In this document: one piece after another, positions 20,201 through 30,428 of the stretch | How positions within the stretch are numbered: position 1 is the first letter of the stretch | Layout of the letters: each line of letters opens with the position of its first letter | Source of the DNA: Klebsormidium nitens | Taxonomy: Eukaryota > Plantae > Klebsormidiophyceae | Reading direction: 5' to 3' | Assembly: GCA_000708835.1 (NCBI GenBank) | Contig: DF237243.1 | Span: forward strand, 1 to 64,000 | DNA: 64,000 nucleotides | Position numbers and translations under genes: made by a program | Notes under the pieces: model-generated | Database searches by the model: none | What the model was told of the DNA's origin: nothing | The model's input: only the letters and a program-made list of their open reading frames with translations

Positions 20201-22173
20201 ATCTACTCCCAATACAGCGCCGGACGCAGGCTCAGGAGACCTTCCGGACACCGCTTCTGTTGCTCGGGCTGTGTCCGAAACCGTACGAGATAAGTCGCGA
20301 GGACTGGGCTCTGACGCGTTAGCCGAGGCCGTTTCAGAGTTGCCTTCAGGCTTGAAGTCGACTCCGTCGCCAGTCCGGGGGGTAGAGTTGTTCTCGGGAT
20401 TCGTCTCGGAACCGGCTTTAGTTTCGGGTTTGGCAACGGATTCTGCAGCGGGTTGTGAAACGGGAGCCTTGTTTGAGCGAAGCCAGAGGTCGTGATTCCC
20501 CGGGGTGAAGAACACGTGGGCGAACTTGGGCCGGAGGATGCGGAATGTTTCCTCGAAGATGGAGACGTCATCGCTGATGTCACCCGCCACTATGAGCGCG
20601 TCGTTGAGGAAGGAGGTCGGAGACAGGTCCCGGATCCAGTCTAAGTTTTCCTCATGGTCAGTGTGAATGTCCGAGATCAGGTACACCTACAAAGGAGAAC
20701 AAGAACTTCTGATTGAGTTGGGTGTCGAACATTTCTGGAGGCTTGTTGACCAGCTCGTGTGAGACTGGGCTTTACAAAGAGCGACTTGGGAAGACTTGTG
20801 CGTTTGTCATCTGTTAGAGCGCAGAATTTCCCGTAGTATCGGACGGTTTGTTCCAAGGGTATTGTGACTACGTTGATAAAAGACTTCAGAAGCCCTTAGT
20901 TTCTCGGATCAAACGACTTGCTTGACAAACTCTGAGTACTGAAATTGAAAGATCGAATGGGATGCATGCGAAATAATCAGTACACAGAGACATTCCTGAG
21001 AAACCATACGAAGCGGAGTGGAACACTTGCCCGTGGTGGACTGAACCCAATGGAAAGCCTTCCCACAAATAGAATGCTTATCAATGCTAGATTGGCAGGG
21101 TTCAGAAACTCTCACTGCGGCTAAACCGCCATCCCAAGAAGAGAAAAGCACGCACTATTCCGACACTACAGCCAACAAACGCACTGTCAGATAGCTGAGA
21201 CACTGAGCCAGATTGTATGTACTGAACTCACCCTCATTGCGCCCGGTGCACTCTCGTGCTTTCTAGGTGCCGGAACTGCAGGGAGGAAACGCCGCCCCCT
21301 GCCAGGGCCTTTCTCGCTTGTCACTGGCTCTGCGCTATTGCGAATGGCGCCAGTGCCAGCAGAGGCGGCCGAAAGAAGTTCCTTCACCAAGCCGGTCCTG
21401 TGGACGCACGATTGAGAATGTTATGTCTTATTCCTTTGCATTTGACACCGGTGCGACTGTTGTGCCCATTGAGATGTCCAAGCGTACACGATGGTGTCAA
21501 GCCGCAGATCGCAAATGGGCCTCGCAGACCCAAACGACTGCCTTCTGAAGAATCCATTCCAGAAAATGCGGTTTGGATTCAATGCTCTACGATGCGCCAC
21601 CCATGAGGTTTACTTGGGGGAATCGCATCAAAGTGGTTTCATCCAGGAATCCGCAACAAGTCATCAATGGGGCCAACACATTGGATCACTGCACCTGTCA
21701 GTATAAAATTCTTGGGGAGACTACTTTCAGAGCGATCTAATGCATGTACTACAGAGGTTACTGGAAGAAGTAAGTTCCGCCGTATGAGTGCCACTTTGAT
21801 TGGTGTAAAGGGTCTGATATGCCTTCGCCTCTTGGAGGTTTGCTGCCAAATATACGGTGCCATTGCAAAGGCTGCTGCATGTATCCTGCTCGATACGTGT
21901 GCCTTTGAAAAACAGGCCCTCACAGGATGTATATTCAGACTAAATCCTGGCAATAACTCCAAATTCACTGGGATCTCACCCTGACTGGCTGAATGCCCGG
22001 CTTTGGAGATGCTCCAGAATCCCCTGTGACTGCTTCCGCCGACCGCTGCTTTGGCAAAATGCAGGTCTTTGCTGGGCCGCCAATGTCAATTCAAACTGGC
22101 ACAGAGAACGCCCAGAGGTTCGAAGCTTTGAAGGCAATCTACAAGGGACAGAAACGGAGCGTGTCAACACCAT
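17253..22173 (-). CDS. Calcineurin-like metallophosphoesterase of the plant PptH (ACP phosphodiesterase)-like family, with N-terminal transit-peptide-like extension (~797 aa, 6 exons)
   Basis: Exons 22173-21980, 21397-21232, 20686-19235, 18664-18501, 18170-18000, 17499-17253; total 2,394 nt, phases consistent. Metal-binding motifs: SDIH, AGDI, PGNHD, FSHFLP, FGHTH. Family motifs: SWHHISFDTEPDI, DHKVCKWP, ELIPEKRFLFYPNL, YIQAPLAYPRER. Confidence 0.88.
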
Positions 22174-22607
22174 GCCGCTGAGGGCTGCATGCGAGGGGAG
22201 GCATCACGCATCGAGTCTGTCGTCTGTCGCCGTCGGAGCCAAGACTTCTCAGAGTTCTCTGAAACTGAATCTGAGACTAAGGTTTGAAAGCTTGGCCAAT
22301 CTGGACTGGGACTCGGAAGTAAATGGCAATGGATGGGGGGCCCAAACGTATGGTAGAGAGTGGTAACTGTTATTAGTGGAAACGTATTCCCTTCTTTCTA
22401 GTTCTCAGAGTCAGGGATTGAAGTTTTTGCTAGCGATCAGGCGCGGCTGGGTGGTGGCGGCTGTTTCAATGCCAATGGAGCGGCCTTGCAAGGGCAGTCG
22501 GGCGGGCCTGGTCCTCCTTAGAACTTCTAGAAGAGCAACAGCAGACGTATCTAGGTTACAGTAGAATCAATACTTGTTGAATGCTCATCATTGTGCGGCA
22601 GCCGCCC

Positions 22608-25600
22608 ATGGCGACCAGCTGTCCGCGTCTGCAAGTGCCGCCCACCAAAAGCACGCGGTGCGCCACTGCGTCCCCATGTGCCCACAATTGGAAAGTTCCT
22701 GGACAGCCGCACCGTAGCTTATCGGCTTGCAGTGGCCGGGCTCTGATAAGTGGGCGCTCGCCATTCTGCATTGCAAGAAATAGCGCCGCGCAAAGTTGGG
22801 CAAAGTTGGGTTTGGTTCAGCGGAGGTGGCGCTGTAGGTCCATCGGAAGAAGGACGGTCAAAGTATGCAGCGGCATCACTGTCGGGGCGACAGAAGAACC
22901 AGTGCCAAGAAGGTCGAACCTTTCAAGCACTTCTTTGATAGGTTCGCCGGAAGACCCGGCTGCCCTTCCAGGGCTTGAGGTCTTGGAAGACATTTTTGAA
23001 CCCCGGCGAAAGGGAAAACCACTCGCAGCCGAATTGTCTGCCGTGGCTGAGCTAGAAAGTCCTCCAGAATTGCATATTTTAGAAGAGCTGCTAAGTGAAG
23101 GGGGTGGTGTGACTGGGGCTGCTCAGGGGGTTGCCGGTTTGAGAGGACGGGGTCAAAGCCCGGAAGTTACGAAGGTTGGTTCGGGGGACAATGTTAGAGA
23201 CAAAGACGTGGGCAGAATACAGGCGGGTGGCTTCGGAGTGAACCGCCAGAAATGGAGAAGACCTCCATTGAAAAACGAAGTGGCCAGCAGCAATGGAGAG
23301 GGCACAAGCGGGGAGCAAGGAGGTGACTCCCGCTCTACTCTGGAGGCAGCTCTTCGCAATGCGTCCAAGAGCAAGGAAGCGAGACTTGTACTCGGTGGCG
23401 GGGGGGTCCCCAAAAAGGCCTTCGATCCCCCTAGTAAGAAGCTGACTTATGCTGGGCGTTTTGGCGAAGATGGGCGGAATGAGCAGATTCCGAATGTAGG
23501 GGAAGGTAGTGAGGAAGCCCGGGCTTCTAGAAGCCCAGCAAAGGGTGAGAGTAGGCAGAGTCGGGTTGTTGGACAATCGGTAGCAAGTACAGGCATAGCC
23601 CAACCTGCGGAGAAGAGCGTTTTGAGGAGTCGCAGTGCTGATACTCAAGCCAGTCGCGTGCCCGGGGCCTGGGCCCAGTGGCTGAACAGTGTCAGTGAGC
23701 GGAAAGGGGAGGAAGAGCGAAGTGGTGTCTGGGACAAATTGCAATCGCAGACGGGCAATAGTGAGGGGGTTGGGGATCAGCAGGTCCTGGAGGGGCGGGA
23801 GACTGGGGAAGATTCTGCAGTAACTGGGGGGGTCAGGCCGGTTGTGGAGAGGTACTCAGGAGGCGCAGCAGGAAGTGGGCAGGAGTTCAATCTGAGCAGG
23901 GGAGGCGATCCGGAATGGGATACAGGCAGGGGTGCAAAAGGCGTTCTCGGAGAAAGAGGTGGGAAGTCGTTCTCAAGATCAGATTCTGAGGACGTTCTTG
24001 GGCTAGGCGGCCAACTTGCGGGTGTTTGGTCGAGCAACGAGGACAGAGGGGTCTCCCAGGCAGCTTCGGCAAAATCAGCTGCTGCCAGTGTACAAACTCT
24101 TGGAAGAAACGGAGTTCGCTTCATTGCGGAGGGGTCCCAGTTGACGGAAGAGCCCGCGCTGCGGAGAAGGGGGCTGGCGTACGAGAAACTGAGCCCCAGC
24201 GAGCTATTCGGGGAGGAACCGTTTGAGGCGGTCACTGCAAAGACCGGGTTAAGAGAGACGGGGTTAGGGAAGGGGGGACAAGGGGAACGCTGGGGAGTTG
24301 AGGGGCTGGAAAAGGACTTTGCAGAGGAGGATGGTGCGTTGGTAAAGGAGAACGATGGTGGGTCGGGGGAAGGTGTTGAGCTGGTGCAAGGGTGGTCAAG
24401 AAACGCAGAAGGAAAGGGGGACGATGGAGAGCTTTCGCGGCGCGGGTCGAGTCGGAATGGGGCAGCGGGGATCCCTCGAAACCTGGAAGGTGCGGAGATT
24501 GGTCATGGCAGGGCTTGGGCGGTTGACACTGTCTTGAATCCAGTCGGCCAGTCTGCTGATGGAGTCGAATCATTGAGGAAGAGCCGGTTAGAAAGTGGGT
24601 TAGGAGGTGGTCAGCCGGCGACGAGAATATGGAGCGCGAGTGATCGGAGCGGGTCAGCAAGCGGGTTGGGAAGCGGGTTTGAGGGCCGGCCGATTGCACT
24701 ACGGCGGGGCAGAGCGGATGCTCCAGAAAGGCAGGGTCCATTTACAGAGACAGGGACTTCTAGGGAGGTTTCGGAACGGGTGGGTGACGGTCGGGAGCAA
24801 CGGGAAGCGGAACGAGCTGCCGCGAAAGACAGGGCCTGGGCCGCTTGGCAGGAGTTCAGCTCGGGGAGGGGCGGGAGCCCCCAGGAGATGAGCGAGTTTC
24901 TTGCCAAATGGACTGCGGAGAATGCCGCTACCGGGAGTGGGGAGGAAGAGGAGCCGGTGAACGAGCCTCGGTCCGCCGGCGGCGACATGGGGAGAAGGAG
25001 AAGCGCGGTCAGTGGGTGGGAGGGTTACGTCTCAGATGCAAATGGAGGAGCCCCTGAGGGGTCATACAGTGCGTTTGCGGAGAGAGCGGCTCCCAGAAAG
25101 GTCTTTGTACGAGGGGCGGCGAAGGGGACGCCAGGCGGGGCAAGAAGAGAGGCGATCAGTTTGTCGAAGGGTTATGGCTCAGATGCAGACGGGGAGCGCC
25201 GTGAGGGGTCATACAGTGGGTTTGCGAAGACAGCAGCCCCCGAAAAGGTTTTCACACGAGGGGCTGCACCAGGGACGCCAGGCGGACTTAGGAGCAAAAG
25301 CAGTGGAAGGGGCAGAGAGGTCAGGCCTGTGGCAGAGAGTTTAAGAAGCGTCGAAGAAGCGGATCGACCCGGTCTAGAAAGACCGAAGGAGGTCAGGGCG
25401 GAGGAAGGTGAGTTCGGCGGGCGGGAAGATAGTTCACGAGGGGGGGGGAGTGACCGGGCATTGAGCCACCCCCGAAATGGCGGTGTTCGCACACTGAAGG
25501 ACATCGCTCCTCAAGGCCCAACTAACGGACGGCAGATATCGGGGGATCCCCCAATCGCTTCAGAGCCCAGTCGCGAGACATGGGTGAGAAGGGCCGATGC

Positions 25601-28600
25601 GAGCGAAGGGCCCGGGGCGGAAGCTGACGTCAGCACGGCCTTCGGGGCCGATGGCGAAGGTGCTGACGTCAGCGAGAACCGCAACGGCGTGCCAGCAGCG
25701 GGTGCGGGTGAGGTCAGCGCAGAGTCTGAAGAGGCGCTGGAGTGGGGCATGAACGAAGGAGCGGACCCAGATTGGGTCGGCGATGACCAACTGGGAGCTG
25801 ACACGTGGCAGGAGTGGGAGGTGGAGGATGACGACGATATCGTGCAGCCGGTATGTTGGCACATTTCTGCAGTGTCCACTTAGAGTGTTTGTGGATAGTT
25901 TCGCACCAGCTTCATACTCGCTTTTGCCATATCTGCAGGGTACTCTTGTGAATTGTTCTTCGCTTTCTCCATTATCTGTACGTCCTTTTCCTTTCTCAGA
26001 GCTGGCTTTGACGAGAAAGCACTAGTGTCACGGCTTCCCCAAGTTCACGTATGGCCAATTGCTCTTTTGATTCTGGGACGTCCTCATATGGCCATTCGCC
26101 CTTTTGATTTTGGGACGTTGCAGGCTTCTCTGCACATCACTGTGCTCTCCGGCGGGCATCCCTTGTGAATGCCTGTCAACTCATGTGTTGCTGGCATCCA
26201 CTTTCGTCTGCAAGGCTGTACCAGTTTTTCCTCCATGGGCGCATGTCCTCCTGAGACTATGATCCTGCTCTTGGCCCTGAGGTACTGATGGCCGACACTA
26301 TTCATAATCTTGAGTGCTCAGGTCACTGACGTTTCGGCTTTCTCAGGCTATCGAACCGGAGTTTTACGCCCTTGGATACCCCAAGTCGCCGGGTCAAACT
26401 GATCACCCTTGTCCCCCTTCCTGCAGACCGAGACCGACTGGCAAAAGGTCTTTGTCGCCGCGGCAGCCCGGCGCCTCCAACGCGCCGGCCGGGAGCCGGA
26501 AACCGAGCCCGAGCCAGTCGAGCTTCCGGCAGAGGTCGCGGCCGGGGGATCCCCCCGGGTGCAGTTTGAGGAACTGTGCGAGGAGGAACAAAAAGCCCTG
26601 CTTCTGCGCGAGTCGCTGGACCTGTCGGTGCGCAACCGCGTGCAGAAACTGAAGGACTCGCGGCCGCGGAAGAAGCCCCGGGATGAGGTGGGCGCCTCGT
26701 GTTCTGCTGACGCGTGCATGACGTGTGTGTAATTTCAAAGGCCCGGAGCGCGAAGGAGTCTCGAGATGTAGCGGCAAGCTTCGACCGTGATGGCAATGAG
26801 AATGCGCCGAACTAGCTGTGATGACTTCTGCGTGATTTCTTTCGCAAACGAGTTTCGTGGCTGGCCATATTTTTTGCGAAAATCGAGAACAAGCCCTTCA
26901 AAGAAGTCGAGGGTCCCAGCAGTTGCGAAGTATCAACAGTCTGTCCGCTGTATCTGTCTGTCTGTTCGCAGTGCTCCTTCTATTAGAGATTCTCGCTTTT
27001 TTTCCAGAAATACGACTGTTCGGTCCGTGTGATTGGCACGCCGTCTTTGCGATCTTTGCGAGGTGAGTACCAACTTTTAAACGTTTTGTACCAACTTTTG
27101 AGCGTTTGAATCATGTACGGTTGGGGACGTTCCGCAATCTGTCGAGGGTTACAGGTGCAACTAGCCAACCGGAAGATTCACTTTATGCCCTTTTTGCCGA
27201 GGGTGGTTACATGTGCAACTCGCCAACGAGAATTTTTTGACAGCCTGAAACACAGCTTTGGTCAGCACCACCCTGAAGCCAGCATTTGCATCATTGGGAC
27301 GTCACCCTGACGTTTTTAATAACGTGTCCGTACCAGCGGACCATGGAGGAGCGCCGCTTCGCGGTGGTTCCGGAGGTTTTTGCGCTTCTGTGACGTCACC
27401 CTGACGTAATCTACTTTATGGTTTATGCAGCGGACCATGGAGGAGCGCGGCTTCGCGGTGTTCCTGGAGGTCTTGCCCGAACTAGAGCGGCAAAAACTGC
27501 TGTGCCAGAAGATCAAGTCGGGCCAGCTCGTGTGGGCGCCTTGCTGCGTCTAGTGAGTCGCAGCTTTCGTAACTCGTCTCTCGTTGTGTTTTCTTCTTTC
27601 GCTGTTTTGTTTAGTTCTTTGTCGCGGTTCTTAGATCAGCCTCAAGCGATGCCACATGCTTCGCGTACGAGGTTTGTGCTTTGCTCGTCTGTAGCTTATT
27701 CTATCACCGTTGTAGCCATTTCGCGACATGGAGCGTTCCTTCATCGAGACTTCGCTGGCAAAAGAAGTATGGTTTGATTGGGAGTGTCACCATACTCCAC
27801 TCTGCTCCTGTTGCGTGACGTGGTCTGATTCAAATATGGGCGAAACACATGATATAACATCCTGAATTGTTTTGAGGTTTCTTTCCCCGCTTTGCCACTT
27901 GACAAGGGAACGCGGCTTACTTTCCGTAGTCGAGCGGCAAACTTGTGTGCTGCATTTGTGGAATTGAGTGGCGGCAGCACAACTTTTTTTCAATCAAATC
28001 ACAGCCGCGTTTTGTCACCAAGCGACGCCACTCGCGGAAACTCGGCGCTTCTGCAATGTCGTTCAGTATTGCCCAACCCTTATCAAGCAGTCGAAGTCCG
28101 TGCATCTGCGTATTGCGCATGCCCAACATTGATCTTCAATTTTCGAACCCTCGCCTCGCTTCTTGAGAATGACGATCCTAGAAATTGCATTCCACGGCGG
28201 TCTTCTGAGGTTCGTCCTTGCCAATCCGTTCTAAGAGTACAAATATTACCCACTTTCTTGTACTTCCTTCTTGCGCACTTCCGCAGCTACATATCCGTCA
28301 CGACTATCAGAACAAACTCTATAAGCTTTGGAATTCTTTCCTCCTGCCGACCTACTGTTTGGTCTAGAGCTTATCGTACTTTTGCACTTCTCATCCTTCC
28401 TTCCTTCGCCCCCGCAGCTACGTGATCCACCACAGCCACACGGAGATCCTGCGCTTCTTCAACGCGCGCACGCGCGCGCTCGCCCGCCAGTGGAAGCTGG
28501 GCTACTCCGCGACCAAGGCGCTCAACTACTACATGCGCTCCAGCTGCGCGCTCACGCTCGCCATCAAGAACCAGCTCAAGTCGCGAGCCGCAGTAAGGTT

Positions 28601-29300
28601 TCTCAGTGTTTACCTGGTTGGGGAGTGGGTTACCCGTGACACGTCGTCGACTTTGAATGAGTACTGTCACGTTCTCGTCAACCTGGTTTCAGAAGTTCGG
28701 GGATGTGGGGGAGCCGCCGCTTGCTCAAAACAGCTCAAGCCGCTCGAGTCGATGAAGCGCTTGTCACTTTGTTTGCTCAAAGAGCGCATGCTTCAGATGC
28801 ATCATCTGCTGCACTTCAATTTTGGCTGTCGCGAATGTCACAAAGCGCCCTCCTTCAAGATGAGCTGGACACCTTTTCAACCTTAACCCATTGCCATTTC
28901 CTAGGTTCAAACCAAGCCTTTCATCAGGGTGTTAAACTAAACCTCTTGCTGAGTCCGTACCTGAACACTAGAATCATCTTCGCAGGCGTACCGTAAGTGG
29001 GGCCGGGAGTTAACCGACCCCGTAACCCGGGCCAAGTTTGAGATGAAAACGCCCATCCCTCTTGGGGGCTGGGACACTATCGACTGGGACCGCCCGGTTG
29101 GAGTGCGAGCGGTCGGGGGAGGGTACTATACACCAGAAGAGATGAGGGTCCGAACCCGGATGGTGCCCCAACCGATTACTTGGAAGATTCCGACGGTGAA
29201 CGATCCCACTTTGGGGGGAAAGTGGGACCTGGGGATCGAGACCCCTCAGAAAGTGCGGCAGCGGACGAAGCCGGATGGGGGGCGGAGGGGCCGGAGGTAG
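22608..29300 (+). CDS. Large unknown protein: transit-peptide-like N-terminus, ~1,000-aa G/E/S/R-rich disordered region, folded-looking C-terminal domain
   Basis: Exon 1 is 22608-25850 (strong donor CCG|gtatgt). Further exons are 26427-26687, 27431-27551, a short exon ending about 27770 (acceptor uncertain), about 28418-28591, and 28986-29300 (TAG). The GC3-rich frames read RTMEERGFAVFLEVLPEL, YVIHHSHTEILRFFNARTRAL, AYRKWGRELTDP. Middle exons are not fully resolved and I recognise no family. Confidence 0.7.
25021..25287 (+). repeat. Coding tandem duplication (147 nt / 49 aa period, 2 copies)
   Basis: GYVSDANGGAPEGSYSAFAERAAPRKVFVRGAAKGTPGG versus GYGSDADGERREGSYSGFAKTAAPEKVFTRGAAPGTPGG; copies start at 25021 and 25168. 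Confidence 0.85.
27295..27480 (+). repeat. Tandem duplication of an intron end plus exon start (94-nt offset)
   Basis: gacgtcaccctgacgt...cag|cggaccatggaggagcgc..cttcgcggtg occurs with acceptors at 27336 and 27430. Confidence 0.85.
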
Positions 29301-30428
29301 GATGCTGTGGTGGAGGAGGAGAGTAAAATCGTGGACGGATTGCGAACAAAAGCAGGGACTCCAGACAATAACTGGTGGTACAAGTGCGTTGTCGAGTTAG
29401 TACGCATGCAAAAGCCACATTCAACCTTGGTTCACCTCCAAGTTTATGCCTGATTGGGCGCGTTGTTGTTTGTGGCAACACTGATCACATTTTCTTGATT
29501 CATATGCTGCATGCGGGATCGTGAAGAGAGATACGATTGAGTGCTTTTCCTGTGTTCAAAAAGCGCATGCAGAGTTGTCCTGGCACGCGGCGGCTCTTGC
29601 ATGACGATTCAGAATGATATTATTCAAAGAAGTTAGCGGATCCGTCGTACCGATGCACATATGGGTTTTATCGGCTAGTGTCTAGCTGCTCAAGGTGCAT
29701 TGGCAGAATTAGGAATCCCCCGCGTGCGGACGATCGTCACTTGAGGTGTCCGCGATATGCATGGACATTATACATCATTGCAGATTGTATTCTAGCCGGG
29801 CCGGGCACTATAGCATCATGCTATAACACGTACTAATGATCCCGGATGCACGTACGTGTTGCCACAGGCACTCATGCATGCAAAAGCACTCGATCATAAT
29901 ATCTTTTGAGGTATCGTTACCTCAATGCGCACATACACGCATTTCAATGTACCAGGTCCTCATGCTTTGTCTGCAGAATGCCGGGCTGACGAATCAATCG
30001 GAGCTACTGAGCTCTGTCAAATGTCAAACCATGGTGCCTTCCGGCCGATGTCAGATTCCAGGCCTCTGCTTACATTCGAGCGTCGAATGCAACGCAGAGC
30101 TTCAATAGTGCGGCAGCTCTTGTTGAGTTGTGGCTTCAAATGCTGGCCAGAATGGTTATGAAGCAAAGTACACTAAACTCAGCAACAATTACGACTACAG
30201 TGTAGGTAATCACAATCTCCATGGAGAATCTGGTGCGACCTCGATCTCGGATCGGTCACTCGTACCTCAATGTCAAAGCCCGTCTGCTGTTTGAGCACTT
30301 TTGCCAAGCGGCACAAACCATCTCCCTTTGCTTCCTTCAATTCAGGAACACAGGACTTTCCTGTCTGGACCAGCTCAAAGAGCAAGCCGCAAACGAGTCC
30401 GAGCAGGCGCGCGGGGCGCGCGCCCCCT

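Noticed and set aside
19266-20495. Plus-strand ORFs of 114-244 aa
   Set aside because: They are antisense shadows of the large low-complexity PptH-like exon.
23091-25879. Numerous minus-strand ORFs up to 217 aa
   Set aside because: They are shadows of the 3.2-kb coding exon and are P/S/L-rich with no motifs.
26347-26426. Alternative acceptor at 26346 (AIEPEFYALGYP...)
   Set aside because: It would need an implausibly short intron before 26427 or would shift the frame; the 26427 acceptor alone is phase-consistent.
27008-27062. 55-nt candidate micro-exon with good splice signals
   Set aside because: Including it would put the GC3-supported downstream exon out of frame. It could be a poison exon, but I cannot support that from sequence alone.
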